Source: Mobula birostris
Lineage: Eukaryota
NCBI RefSeq assembly: GCF_030028105.1
Contig: NC_092377.1
Span: forward strand, 109,045,379 to 109,109,378
Length of the DNA stretch: 64,000 nucleotides
Direction of reading: 5' to 3'
Shown here: positions 25,970-39,964 of the stretch, one piece after another
Numbering within the stretch: the stretch's first letter is position 1
How the letters are laid out: every line of letters starts with the position of its first letter
Made by a program: the position numbers and the translations under genes
The notes under the pieces: generated by a model
The model's database searches: none
What the model was told of the DNA's origin: nothing
What the model saw: only the letters and a program-made list of their open reading frames with translations

Positions 25970-28610
25970 ACAGTAGTGTTATAATTGGGAGATTTCGAAT
26001 TCCCCTTATTGGCTGGGCCACTTAGAGTGTTAAGGGCCTAGGTGGCATGAAATGTGTCCAGCAAGATTTCCTGAGTCCCTATCAAGGGCCCTACTTGGGA
26101 GCTTGCAGTGTTGGACCTTCTCTTGGGGAATGAGACCGGGCAGCTAACTAAAGTGGCAGTCAGGGAGCATTTAAAAATACTTTGAACTTTGGCTCTCAAA
26201 GTCATAATTCTATTATTTTTAAGATAGTGATGGGAAAAGGTAGGACAGATTTGCAGTTTACGGTCCTAAACTGGAGCTGGGTTAATTGTGGTTGAGTTAG
26301 ACCAGGTTTGGCAGGGGTTGATTTGGTGAGAGACCAAGTGACTTTTGGTTTTTAAAACGAAGCTTTAAGAGAAAGCAGCATGGTCTATTTTGCTAATAGG
26401 TAAACCTGGCAAGTGTAGAGAGCCCTGGTTGGTTAAGAAAAAGAAGGAAGCATATATTAGGATTTGGAGTTTTGGATCAAGTACTGATTATAAAAGGATT
26501 TAGAGAAATCAGGGATAAGTGAGGGTATAAAATGAAGCTGGCAGGTAAGGTCTAAGAAAATCCCTAGAGCTTCTATAGTAAGAGTGATAGAAGTGGCAGG
26601 GATCTCCCCTTCAAAATCAGTAGGGCCATTTCTGTCTTGAGCTGCAGGCAATGATTGAGATATACTGAGGAAAAAGAATATCATGGCTGTTGAAGAGATG
26701 AGGGGAATAAGTGGGTATGTCTTGGATGACGTTCACATTTTGGGGGGGGTGGAGGGAGGTATTTGCAGTCTTTAGAGTGTATTGATGTGGGTAAATCCCT
26801 GGGGCCTGAATGAGTGTATCCCCAAGCTTTGCGAGAGGCACGAGAGGAAATTTGTTTTTATTTATTTAGAGAGACATTGCGGAAAACTTCTTCGGCCAAC
26901 GAGCTGCACCTCCCAGCACGAGACCTATTTAAATCCTAGTCTAGTCACAGGACAACTTCCAATAGCCAGCTGACACACTGTATTAACCAGTACAGAGGAA
27001 ACTGGAGCACCTGGAGGAAACCCACGCACTCACAGGAAGGACGTACAAATTGCTTACAGACGGCGTCAGAATTGAACTCCAAACCCCGACGCCCCAAGCT
27101 GTAAAAACATCATGCTAATTGTGGAGATGTTTGCATCATTGTTGCCACTTGTGAAGTTCCCAAAGACTGGAAGGCAGCTGTCACTTTTCTGTTGTTTGAA
27201 AAGGGTAGCAAGGGCAAACGAGGCAACTGTCAGAGGTGCAGAAATTACTGGAGGGAATGCTGAAGGACAGAATCTGCCAGCATTTGGATAGACAGAGTCC
27301 GATTAGGATGAGTCAGCATGACTTTGTGTGTTGGAAGTCATGCTTGACAAACCTTTTGAGAGTTTTTGAAGAAGTGACCCAAAAGGTAAATGATGGTAGG
27401 GCAGGGTGTGGTGTTTATTTGGGCTTTGATAAGGTTAGGTCCCATGGAATGCAGGGTGAGCTAGTCAGATGGATTCAAAACTGGCTTGGAGGCAGGAAAC
27501 AGAATGGTGGTTCAAACTTGTTTCTCGGAATGGAGGCCGGTGACTAGTGGTGTGCTGCAGGGGTTGGCGTTAGGGCCCCTATTGTTCATTATTTATATAA
27601 ATGATTCGGTTGTGATGCACAAGGCTTAATCAATAAGTTTGCAGATGACACAAAATTAGGTGTCATTGATGGTGAAGAAGGTGATGGTAGAACAGGGATC
27701 TTGATCAGTTAGAGAAGCGGACAGAGGAGTGGCAAATGGATTTCAATACAGGTAAGTGCTTGGTGATGCATTTTGGAAAGTCTAGGACATGCTATGAATA
27801 GTAAGTCACAGGGAGTGTAATGGAACTCATTTTGGCTCAGAATACTCCCTATCACAATTTTAAAAAGCTTCCAGTTTACCAGATATCCCTTAATCTGCTA
27901 ACATCCTTTTCCAATCTCGCTTTGTAATGCCATCAGTTAAAGACCAGCCCTACTGTATTCCATGGCAACCTTGAAGTCCAAAGATCCCTCAGAGTTGCTG
28001 TGCTAATTGATAGGGTGGTTAAGGTGGTGTATAGTGTGTTGACCTTCGTTAGTTGTGGTTAGGCCACATTTGGAATATTGTGTTCAGTTTTGGTCATCTC
28101 ATTATAGGAAGGGCGTGGAAGCTTTAGGAAGGATGCAGTAGAGATTTACCAGGATTCTGCCTGAACTAGAGAGCATGTCTGATAAAGATAAGTTGAGTGA
28201 GCTATGGTGTTTCTGTTTGGAGTGAAGGGGGATGAGAGGTGATTTGATAGAAATGTACAAGATGATAAGGGGCATAGATAGAGTGGACAGCCGGAGACTT
28301 TTTCCCAGGACGGAAATGGCTTATTCAAGGAGGGCATGGTTTAAGGTGATTGGAGGGAAGTATGGTGGGGGGGGGGACATCAGAGGCAAGTTTTTTACAC
28401 ACTCTGTGTGGGCTGTGTGGAATATCCTGCGGGGGTGGTAGTAGAGGCCGATACATTAGGAACATTTAAGAAACTCTTAGGCACGTGGTTGATAACAAAA
28501 ATGAAGGGTTATGTAGAAGGGAAGGATTAGATGGATTGTAAAATAGGTTAAAAGGTCGGCACAACATCGTGGGCCGAAGGGCCTGTACTGTGCTATAACT
28601 TTATGTGTTC
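25970..28610 (+). mobile_element. Old fragmented CR1 LINE(s) with nested SINE and other inserts
   Basis: Remnants IIGRFRIP (GDFN region), SQHDFVCWKSCLTNLL, TTTGCAGATGACACAAAATTAGG, MRGDLIEMYKMIRGIDRVD and a CR1 3' UTR. Confidence 0.65.
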
Positions 28611-30870
28611 TGATAGAATAATAGTCACTGGTCCCAAAATGCTCCCCCACTGACCTATCAACCACTTGCCCAGCCTCATTTTCTCTGAGGTGGCCAAGAG
28701 TAGTTCCTTCTCTAGCCGGCTTATGTATGTAGATCCCAAAGCTTTGCCGGACACACGAAACAGGTTCTGCCTAGACTAATTCCTTAGCACTAAGGCAGTC
28801 CTGGTCAATGGTAGGGAAGCTAAAATTCCTGTTACTACAGCCCCAATCTACACCTGTCTGCAATTTCCCTTTGTATGTACTCTGATTGCTGTTGACTGGT
28901 GGGACTGGGGTGACGGTGTGTACGATCCCATCAAAAAGATCACTTTTTTATTTCTAAGTTATATACATATGGCTTCGCTGGGCTTGGCGCTCTGCGATGA
29001 CCTCTCCAGGTACTGCTGTAATGTTTTCCCTTACCTGGTGCGTATAACCCTCCTCTCTTACCTCCACCTCTGTCAAAGTCAAAGTTTATTATCAAAGCAG
29101 ATGTTGGTTTCTGTACACTGCCTTGAGATTTATTTGCTTGCAGGCATTTACTGGAAGATGAAGAAATGTGGTAGAATTTATGATAAACTATACATAAAGG
29201 CTGACAAACGCTCAGTGTGAAAAAGATGACAGATTGTACAACTAAAAATAAAATAAATAATACTGAGAACATCAGTTGTAGAGTCCCTGAAAGTGAGTTT
29301 GTTGCTTGTGGAATCAGTTCAGAGTTGAGGTGAGTGAAATTATGCAGGAGCCTGGTGGATGAAGGGTAATAACTGTTCCTGAACCTGCTAGTGTGGGACC
29401 TGTGCCTACTGCCTGAAGAGGAGAACATGGCCTCGGTGTTGGGAGCCCTTGATGATGGACGCTTCTTGTAAGCGTGCTCAGTGGTGGGGCGAGCTTTGTC
29501 CGTGATGGACTGGAAGCATTGATAGCCGAGAACATCAAGCTGCCAGTCGTGTCCATCCCTCAACCCCATTTCCGTAATCAGTATAATATCACAATCCCGA
29601 GTGCTGAATCCATGCTCTGAATTCATCTGCCTTACTTGTGAGGTTTTGATTTGAATTAAGATAAATGCACTTTAGCCTTGCAGACCGTCCATCTGCTCCC
29701 TCCTGCTCCTATCTATCTTGCAGTGTTACTCTGCACGTCTGCTTCAACTTTCTCATCTGACCGAACATAGAACAATACGTTACAGGAGCAGGCTCTTTGG
29801 CCGACAATGTTATGCCAAACCAGCTAAAGAGTAAAGCAAAATCCCCCCCACCCCCAAAAAAATCTCTCCTACCTACACAGTGTTCATTTAGTCTTATAGT
29901 CTTATTTGGTTCCTGCCAGGTTCATTTTAAACCCTCCCAGGTAGCTTTGAAAAATCTCCCTGCTAGGAAATCGGTACCACTGCACCTCACTGACAACTCT
30001 TGTCTTGTAGAGGTCACCCCTGCCTCTGAAGGGATCTCGCTGATCCAAGTGGCTGAAACTTTTGTTTGCCCTGCCCTCTTATGCCTACCCTCGCCAGCAC
30101 CTACCTCTGGATAGATTATCTGGACAAGCGCCCTGAGAGGAACGGAAACCTGCTTCACCGTTTAACAGCCATACTGCAGATCGCACTTTAGCCTGAATTC
30201 CACACTCATGTCTATCCTGTGGCAATCAAAATCAGTCCTGCTTGGACCGAGATGTCGACTGTACTCTTTTCCATTGATGCTGCCTGGCCTGCTGAGTTCC
30301 TCCAGCATTTTGTGTGTGTGTGTTACATTAAAAAGTAGCACAAAAAGAGGGGGGGGAAAGTAGTGAGGCATTCTTCATGGGTTCAGTGTCCATTCAGAGA
30401 TCTGCTGGCAGAGAGGAAGGAGCTGTTGCTGAATTGTGTGTGTGCCTTCAGGCTCCTGTGTCTCCTCCCTGATGGTAGCAAGGAGAAGAGGGCATGTCCT
30501 GGGTGATGGGGGTCCTTCATGCTGGATGCCCCCTTTTCGAGGCATCGCCTTTTAAAGGCTATTTATCTGTCCCTGCCACAAAAGCATTCCACTCTGGTCA
30601 TTCGCCATTCATTCTCTGGTCCTTGAGGAAGAGAATTCCAAGGACTTGCTATCTGTCTTAACCCCTTACATTGCTACCAGTGACCTCTGATTCTGTGAGC
30701 TACCCTCCCCAATATACTTCATTAGTCCCCTCTCATTGTACTAAACTCCAGCAGCGAAGTTGAGCCTCCCCACTCTTCAATCATAAAATAACCTGTCCAT
30801 CCCAGGTACTAGGTAGACCTTTGAACTCTTTCTCATGTATCAACATCCTTCCTTAAATAAGGAGACCAAC

Positions 30871-31340
30871 TGTTACCAGGAAGCAGGTTCACGAGTTTGT
30901 TAAGTGAGGCAGGAGACACTGATTATCAATCAGCACATTAACCATTGATTTACAAACAGTAAAACATTCAACCAAATGACTAAGCCGCCCTAAGTGACAC
31001 AAACTACGATACTGAACACTTCAAACGCAACAGGTACCTCATTTAGTCTCCCCAAGTTGTGCAGCTACAAAATTAAGCATTCAGCAAACAGACAGTTAGC
31101 AAAGAGTGCACGTGGACTGCCCTCTCCCAATGGTTCTCCAGCACTGGTCGTGACCTCAGTGTGAAGTTGAGCGCCTGGAGATCAGGGAAAGCCGCTGAGG
31201 CACCTGAGACTGGTCACCAATGCCGTGGCAACGCGGCAACCCATGGGAAAAAGCTTCTGCATCCTTCAAACGGGCCAATTGATAACAGGCCCAGCAGAAG
31301 TGGCTTTCGACCGGCAAGTAAACTAACCCTTCACGTTACA
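30871..31340. mobile_element. Solo LTR (470 bp) with 5-bp TSD, inserted in a CR1 fragment
   Basis: TG..CA termini (TGTTAC..CGTTACA) flanked by CCAAC on both sides. Removing it restores the CR1 motif GGAGACCAAC-CTCCTGCACGGTACTCAGG. Confidence 0.8.
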
Positions 31341-32243
31341 CCAACCTCCTGCACGGTACTCAGGATATGGTCTCACTAACGACCTGTATAACTGAAACAT
31401 AGAACAGGAACAGGCCACCTGGCCCACAATGCTCTGCCCAACCAATTACATCAGTAAGCATAATCTCCCTAATTCTGTGTTCAATTCCTCTGGCAGTAAA
31501 CAATGCAGGGTTTCAGCCTGAAATGTCAACAATTTCTTTGTCCCCACAGACCCTGCTCGACCCGATGAGTTCCTTTGGAGCCCCAGATTCCAGCCTGGTT
31601 GTGTCTTCAGCAATAACACTGTGCCAGCTCTCCCACTCACTGATCCTACGTACCAGCCTTCAGTGAATCCTGCACTTGGACTCTCATCTCAGGGTTCTGC
31701 ACTCTTTCACCACTAAGGAGAGCTGCTATGTAGGTGGCTGCTTTATTTAGGTGTGGCACTTGAAAATTAAGGCTTGAAACTAACATGCTGCTGTATCGGA
31801 TCAGGAAGGTGGGAAGTTGATGCTTTTCGGAGCTGGTTACACCCAGAGAATAGGTTTTGTCAGCAATGAAGACAAACACAGATAGTGTTTCACTTGGCCT
31901 CACAGGGTCCAGAATACCTGTTTCTGTATGAGAACTGACTGGTTCACTCTACTGACATACCTGTTCCGTGGATTTTTCCTGCAGCTCTGACCCGTTGCTT
32001 GTTTGCTTTCGAAAAGCCATTGATGAAGTGGCTTCGTCACAGCTTATCACCACAGCTGTCCTGCCCTGACCCTGCCCGCTCCCTTTTTATCCTCAGCATT
32101 CCTTCCTGTCCTTCTCTGTTTCCAAGTCCTGATGGAAGGGTTCTGACCTAAAGCATTAAATCTGTCCCTCTCTCCACAGATGTTGCCTGACCTGCTGAGC
32201 ACTCTGTTTTTATTTCAGATTTCCAGCATCTGCTGTTTTTTAA

Positions 32244-32603
<360 letters not shown>

Positions 32604-33109
32604 TGAAACAAAAGTGTGTCAGAGGCCAAGTAGCAAGCAGTGTTCTGGGGAGGGGGAAATGAGCAAGAGTTTTTGGAAATAATAGTCTGCAAACTTATTG
32701 TATTGTGCGAGGTGTAACCATATGGTGGAATGTATTTACAATAGTCTCTGTGTTCTTATTTGCATAATCAATATTAGCTTTGGAAGTACTTAACACAAGG
32801 GACAAGTGCTTGCCTCAGGTTTTTTTAAATTGAAGACTGTATAAAGAAGTAGAATTGAATTGCTGCAGGATATTTAGCTGGCCAAGTATGTTGGACTTTG
32901 AGATCAAGTGTTAAAGAGACAGTACACTGTCAATGGCAGGACCTTTCACAGTGAATGATGAGCAGAGGGATCTTGGGCTCCAAAGTCCATAGTTCCCTGA
33001 AATAGGTACACCAGTTCATAGGTTGGCAAGTAAGGTGTTTGGCATGCGTTCCTCTATTGGTCAAAGCATTGTGTTCAAGAATCAGGAAATTGTACAGCAA
33101 CTGTATCAG

Positions 33110-33600
33110 GAGCACATGAGACATAGGAGCAGAATGAGGCCATTCAGCCCATTGTGTCTTCTCTACCATTTCCCACTCAACCCCATTCTTCTACCGTCTC
33201 CCCGTAACCTTCCATGCCCTGACTCATCAAGAACCTGTCAACCCTAAAGGCACCCAGTGACCTGGCCCCCAAGGCCACTTGTGGCATTAAATTCCACAGA
33301 TTCACCATTCTCTGGCTAAAGAAATCCCTCCTCATCTCTCTTCTAAATGAGCACTCCATTATTCTGAGGCTGTGCCCTCTGGATCTAGACTCCCCCACCA
33401 AAGGAAACAAAATCTTCACATCCACTCCGTCCAGGCCTTCCAACATTCAGTAAGTTTCAACGAGATCCTCCCTCATCCTCCTAAATTGCAGTGAGTACAG
33501 AGCCAGAGCTTTCAGTTGCTGCTCATATGATGCCCTTTGTACCCAGAATCATTCTCCTGAGCCTCCTCCAAACCCTCTCCAAAAGTTAGCACATCCTTTC
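33110..33600 (-). mobile_element. CR1 LINE 3' fragment
   Basis: Minus peptide GESRSRGHSLRI..FFSQRMVNLWN; similar to 4440-4800. Confidence 0.8.
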
Positions 33601-33605
33601 TTATA

Positions 33606-33736
33606 AACGAGAAAATCTGCAGATGCTGGAAATTCGAGCAACACACACAAAATGCTGGAGGAACTCCAGCAGGCCAGGCAGCATCTATGGAAAAGAGTAC
33701 AGTTGACGTTTTGGGCCGAGACCCTTTGGCAGGACA
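33606..33736 (-). mobile_element. Short Penelope 3'-end copy with a degenerate hammerhead
   Basis: Reverse complement reads GTCCTGCCAAAGGGTCTCGGCCCAAAACGTCAACTGTACTC..GATGCTGCCTGGCCTGCTG. Confidence 0.85.
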
Positions 33737-35829
33737 CCTTTCTTTCACGAGGAACCCCATCTGGAGTATTGCATACAGTGCTGGGTGCCCATTATAGGAA
33801 GGTTGTGGAGCCCTTGCGGAGGGTGCAGAAGACGTTTACCAGGAAGCTGCCCGAATTAGATGGCGCGTGTCATAAGGTGTTGGACAAGCTTGGGTTCTTT
33901 TCTCTGGAGTGGCAGAGGGTTGAGGGGAGACCTGATGGAAGTCTATAAAATCTTGAGGGGCATAAACGGTCATCTGGTATATTTTTCCCAGAGTCAGGAT
34001 GCCAAATACAATAGGACTTGCATTTAAAGTAGAGGGAGTAAGTTCAGAGGGGATGTGTAGGGCAAAGTGTTTTTTTTAACACAGTGGTGAATGCACTACA
34101 AGAGATCATGGTGGTGGAGGCAAGTATAATAGAGGCATCTCATTTGTTCTTAGATAGGCACATGAATACATGGAGAATGGAGGAACATTGTGCAGGCAGG
34201 AAGGATTAATTCAGTTAGGTGTTTAGTTACTAACTTTAAGAGTTCAGCTCTACATGGTGAGCCAAAGTCCTGCTCCTGCTTCTGTGGTATTTGGGCTTTG
34301 GGAGGGGACGATCCCCTCTGAGCAGTTTACCCTGTGTTGATGGTGAGGCGCTGGCCCTGTGTCATCACCCAGCAGCCTCTGGCACGGCCACATTGCCCAA
34401 GTGCACTGCCCGCGGCTTGAACTGGTTTCTGCTCAACCACGGGCACGCTTACGTGCTTCACCAGATGCCAGAAAATCTGCCTGTTACTGCTGGGCAGACA
34501 CTCAGTGCTGAATCGTTATCTCCAAAGGCTTGGCTGATTTTTTTTTCATGTAATCGAAACACTAATTGGACCTGAAATTAATGAAAGGCATTGCAGTGCT
34601 GTGTGTATGAGTTTGCTGCTCAATTTTATAATCACACAGTGTCCCCAGATAATAGACCTCGTCTGTCTCCTAGCCTGTGTAATTGTGAGAAAGACGCTGG
34701 CTGAAGCAGTCTCAGTTACGAAGGGATTCAGGTCCTCATCTCACTTGGAGGATTGTAAACAGAACAAGGTTCTCACTCCACATATCCTTCCCAACCCCTA
34801 TAAGCCCAGAGTTGCCAGGGGTAACTGCTGACAAGTTTTTTTCTGCCCACTCAAAGTATGCAGAATGTGTCTGTAAGTGGTGGCCTTACCACAGCGGTGA
34901 GGGCTGGTGCTCTCTTCTGACGAAGGTAGATGTCAGTCCCACCATTTATGTCGGCGGAAGGCAGCCTCCCTTTTGTTACTGCCAAAGGAGGCAGCTCACG
35001 GTAGGAATGGATTGCAATAAAAGATGGGTGAAGTCCAAGTCTATATCGGAGTGGCTGAGAAAATGGCAGGTGTTGTTAGAATCTGCCCCTCAAAGGAAAC
35101 AATAAGGGGTGGCTGTCTCCCAGCGTTGTAAATCTGACCTCAGTCACTCTGCTTCCATTCTGATTAACTTAGTTCGTTACTCGGCCACATTTTGGCAACG
35201 GCTAACCTTCAATTAATTTGTTTTATACTTTATTAAACTGGAAATGATAAACATCAAGATGCCAGCAATGTTTATCAGTGGAATTCTCCCTTCTGATGAT
35301 AGTATGTTGTGATTCAGTAGGGGTGGGGCAGCCCTGTGGTTTGGAGAGGTCCCTGTCTGTGTGTGGGGCGATATCGTTCTGCTGAACAAATTACTGCCTG
35401 TGTCAGGCCAGGCGGGTTGTTTACCTCACTCACTGAAGGTAACCTTTGCCCAACACAGTTTATGGCTTTGGTTGGATATCCCTGGTGATCTGTCATGTAC
35501 AAATTGGCGCTGAGGCATCTGAGAGAGAGGATTGAGCAGATCTCATTTTCTCACACCCCACCCACCCGCCCAATCAAATCGCACCGAGCGGGTAGTGTTG
35601 ATGTAGTGTTTTGGTGGATGGTCTGAGGTGTTGACTCTCTCCATAGATGCTGGCTGATCTCCCAAGTGTTTCCAGCATTTTCCCGTTTGATTTCATTAGG
35701 TCCGGTTGTTGTGAAGCCAAATATAAATCTCCCCCCTACTGGGACAGTGTTCCCTGACTCTGGCTGTCACAGAGAGCGATCCAAACCAGAGGACTGTCCC
35801 TCTGAGCACAGGTCTACAACTGGACTAGA

Positions 35830-36335
35830 TGTACGAGGTCTGGGAACACAGGTCCATAATTGATTGAAAGTGGCGTCACAGTTGAGAGGGTTGTAAAGAA
35901 ATCTTTTGGCACAATGGCCTTCATTCGTCAAAGTATTGAGTGCAGAAAATGGGATGTTACCTTAAAGTTGTATAAGACATTGGTGATGTCTAATTTGGAG
36001 TATTGTGTGCAGTTTTGGTCACCTACCTACAGGGAAGATGTAAATGAGCTTGAAAGAGTCCAGAGAAAATTTACAAGGATGTTGCTGGGTCTGGAGGACC
36101 TGAGTTATAAGGAAAGATCGAATAGGTTAGGAATTTATTTCTTGAAATGTAGAAGATTGAGAAGAGATTGAATAGAGGCATACAAAATTATGAGGAGTAT
36201 AGTTGGAGTAAATGGTAGGGGGATGGGGAGCTATGGTTGATGCAGATCGATGGGAGTAGTTGGTTTAAATGGTTTGGCACAGACTAGATGTGCCAAAGGG
36301 CCTGTTTGCGTGTGCACTTTTTCTATGACTCTATG
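35830..36335 (+). mobile_element. CR1 LINE 3' fragment
   Basis: LKLYKTLVMSNLEYCVQFWSPTYREDV; tail TTCTATGACTCTATG. Confidence 0.85.
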
Positions 36336-37830
36336 AAGAGAAAGGAGACTGTTGGAAATAAACAAGGCTTTGCGTGTCTGGGAGGAGAGGATGACCTAAT
36401 GTTTCGGATGGGGTAAGTGTAATGTGTTTTTTTTCCCTGATAATAAACTAACAAACAGCCAACAGAAATCTGCTTGTACATCATGTGTACATAAGTACAA
36501 GACCTAAATTTGCGCCACCTGTGTAGACCAGCTCTCTGGTATGAAACACTTCGTGTGCTAAAGCTACAAGTATGAGCTGCCAGACAAACTCAGTGAGTCA
36601 AGCAACATCTGTGGGGGCGGAGGGATTGTTGGTATTTCATTCGAAACCTTGCACCAGTGCCCGAAACGTCGACAATTCCTTTCACCACCAGCCTACCCCC
36701 GCAAATGCTGCTCGACCCATGAAGCTCTGTCAGCAGTTTTAGCTCCAGGTTCCAGCGTTTGAAGTCTCCTGTGTCTATTTTTTAAAAATTTACTCCTCCG
36801 CTCCCTCTTCCTATGTTGTATATGTCTGAGTTGTATATTTTATAGAGGGCTTGTCCCATTTGGTAGCTGCGTTATTGTCTGGTGTTTGATCAACAGCTTT
36901 TCAGACTAATTGCCATTGTTCTAGATTTGTACATCTGAATTCCCTTTAGTTTAATGAAGGTTGCATGGGAAGCAACTTACTTGTGTTTTATTTCGAGACC
37001 ATGCAGAACAGGCACTTTGGGCCCAAAGGGTCACGCCACCCAGTGACTCACTAGCCCAGTCACAGGACAGTTCACACTGACCAATTAACCTACCAGCATG
37101 CGCAGGAAACCGGAACACCCGGAGGAAACCCACACGGTCATGGGGAAAATGCGCAAGCTCCTTCAGACCGTGGCGGGAATTGAACTCCAGAACAGCCTGA
37201 GCTGTGGTAGCATCACGCTAACGTAGAATGCTCGCCCTTACCTTCTTATCACCAATTAGGAATGTAGCCTGGTCCTGTCAGCAATAACTACATCCCAAAT
37301 TTTACTACTGGGGAGACACTTGGTTGCAATTTAGAACTTACAGAAGAGCCTTAGACAAAAATAACCAGTTTTTGAGAAAGTTCTGGTAAAACCTTAATGG
37401 GATTTATTACAAATGTCTTCCTCAACACTTAAAGGGGAGAGTCAAGTTCTGAACTGACAGGGAGCTGGTTTACAGGCAACACTACCTTGACAACCTGATG
37501 TGTTCTTAGAGGACCTGCAATAACAGGCTGTCACTGCTCTCTTGTTGGTTATGACTTTTGCTTGCTCATCAGTGCTCAAGTGTTTCCTTTTTATGGAGTT
37601 TTGTTCGTTTAGTTTCTGTCAGCTAATTGCAGTTTGCAAAGGCCCTGCTGTCCCGTCATCCATGAGCGTTCTCACCAATCCCTGGTCGAGAAGCCGGCTT
37701 CTGCCATCCTCCACTGACTCGTCTCCAGCTTCCTGTCACTTCCCAAATCACTTGCGGATGGAGAGGAATTCTGTGGGTGCCCATGTAGTCCTGTCAGTTT
37801 ACTGTGAGAACTTGTCTGTTTATTCCGCAG

Positions 37831-37926
37831 GTGGTGAAAACGGTTGGGCTGCGAGAGGTCTGGTATTTTGGACTCCAGTACACTGACAACAAGGGGTATC
37901 TGAACTGGCTGAAGCTCGAAAAGAAG
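37831..37926 (+). CDS. ezr: Ezrin coding exon, residues ~33-64 (not called in the ORF track)
   Basis: [32 protein letters not shown]; acceptor ttccgcAG, donor GTatgt; 96 nt. WYFG and DNKG are ezrin-like. Confidence 0.93.
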
Positions 37927-38795
37927 GTATGTGCATTGACATTGGAGATGTCCAACTGACTCAAATGGTCCCCATCATTTCAGCAGTCGTTTGTCCAGGT
38001 TTTTATGAATGAAAGCGGGCAGCAGAAGCTGTTTTGTCTGCGTTTCCTCAATAGCATTCTGGGTGCGTTCCAGTGAAGTGTGAGAAAGGTACGTGACCAT
38101 GTCAGGCCACTGCTGTGCGTGAGGGAGAATCCCACTGCTTCTGCTATCGGTGTCATCTCTGTGATTGATGCGATACGTAACCCCCTTTTCTTCTTCCAGT
38201 GCTGATCTGATTTGCATTTGGAAGATTTGAAAGGATGGAATCCTATTTTCCAGTCTGCATGTGTAACGTTTCTTCCCCTCCTTATTTTCCCGGCTTCATT
38301 AGACGGCACTAATAAAATCCTTTTGTAATTCCCATCAAAATCCATTGCTTCTGAGCCCTCCATTAAATCCTTGTACAGCCACAACTTTCCCAGTCTCTTT
38401 ATGTACTTGGTCGCAGGACCGTCCCAGTAAGTACCTTCTCTCCCTCCGATGTTTTGACATCTGTTCAACTCAGAGCAAATTAATACTTGTTGATGCCTTT
38501 GCATAACGTCCCCCCTTGTGTAGTCCGTCCATAAGCAGAAGGAATCCCATGTCTTTTTTCTCACTGGCTTTCTCAACACCATTCCTTCAGGTCCACTCCT
38601 CTGCATCATCAGACATATCTGAGAACTCTGGCTGCCTGCCCAAAGTGGACTTCAAAGCCATTCACTAAGAGAAGCAGGACAGTTGTCTTGTGCGTGAGGT
38701 CTTGCCCTCACTGTTCTCCCTGCAACTGAAAGGAAAATTCCTCCAGAATTTGGCCTAGTGTCTTGGCCAAAGTCCAGCCCTCTATGTTATCTCTA

Positions 38796-39322
38796 CACTC
38801 AGTGGCTGCTTTATCAGGTGCACCTGCTCATTACTGCAAATATCTAATCAGCCAATCATGGCAGCAACTCAATGCATGAAAGCATGCAGACATGGTCAAG
38901 AGGTTGTTCAGACCAAACATCAGAATGGGGAACAAATATCATCTAAGTGACTTTGACTGTGGGTTGATTATTGGTGCCAGACGGGGTGGTTAGAGCATCT
39001 CAGAAACTGTTGATCTCCTGGGATTTTCATGCACAACAGTCTCAAGAGTTTACAGAGAACGGTGGGAAAAACTGAAAAACATCCAGTGAGCAGCAGTTCT
39101 GTGGGTGAAAAAGCCTTGTAAATGAGAGAGGTCGGAGGAGAATGGCTAGACTGGTTCAAGCTGACAAGAAGGTGACAGTAACTCAAATAACCACACGTTA
39201 CAACAGTGGTGTGCAGAAGAGCATCTCTGAATGCACAACACATCAGAACTTGAAGCGGATGGGCTACAGCAGCAGAAGACCACGAACATACACTCAGTAG
39301 CCACTTCTTTAGATATAGGAGG
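38796..39322 (+). mobile_element. Tc1/mariner-derived non-autonomous element
   Basis: Starts TA|CACTCAGTGG. Encodes a decayed Tc1 N-terminal HTH: MGNKYHLSDFDCGLIIGARRGG*SISETVDLLGFSCTTVSRVYRE. Confidence 0.75.
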
Positions 39323-39964
39323 TTGCATTTTAGATGAGCCGGTCATTTTTTTCATAGATGTGAGGGTGCTCACCCTGTACAAGTTAGTAGCTGTAAATCC
39401 AACATTACAGGGCTGGTTACACTTTGGAAGTAGTCATGATCTTAATTGCCGTTGAACATCCTGCCATGTTGTGGGGAAGCCTAAGCCTTGAGTCAATCCC
39501 TGCTCCCAGCTGATGTTACCAGTCTGAAAACTGCAGCTACTGGAATCTGGAGCACCAACTTACAAACTTATTGTGTGGTAGTTTGTCAAGCAGCCCTTTG
39601 AGAGAACACATTGGTCGCACAACCACCAAAGAACCCAATCAAGTCAGTCAAACACGATGCACCTTTGATAAACATTCTGATGTTCATCCATTGTTGCCTG
39701 CTTCAGGTACCAGTTGCCCTGCTCTGGATGAAAGTCCGTCACTGGCTGGCAAGGTTTCTGCTTTCAGTCCGCTCCCTTTTTGTAAACAAAGGTGTGGTGT
39801 CCTTGTTCTCAGATACCCAGCTCATTGGCACCTCACGAACCAAAGGCTGCAGTTTGCTCCCTCCATCTCTCTCGTTGAATTGCCTGGCCCATCGGTTGGC
39901 TGAATGGTCTGTGTCCATACTGTCTGAGGTAGATGGCGTCCCCTGCTTTTCCCGTTTGACAGAG

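Noticed and set aside
37980-38609. 209-aa ORF on -
   Set aside because: No recognisable protein; part of it resembles a very old CR1 RT remnant, and it lies antisense within an intron.
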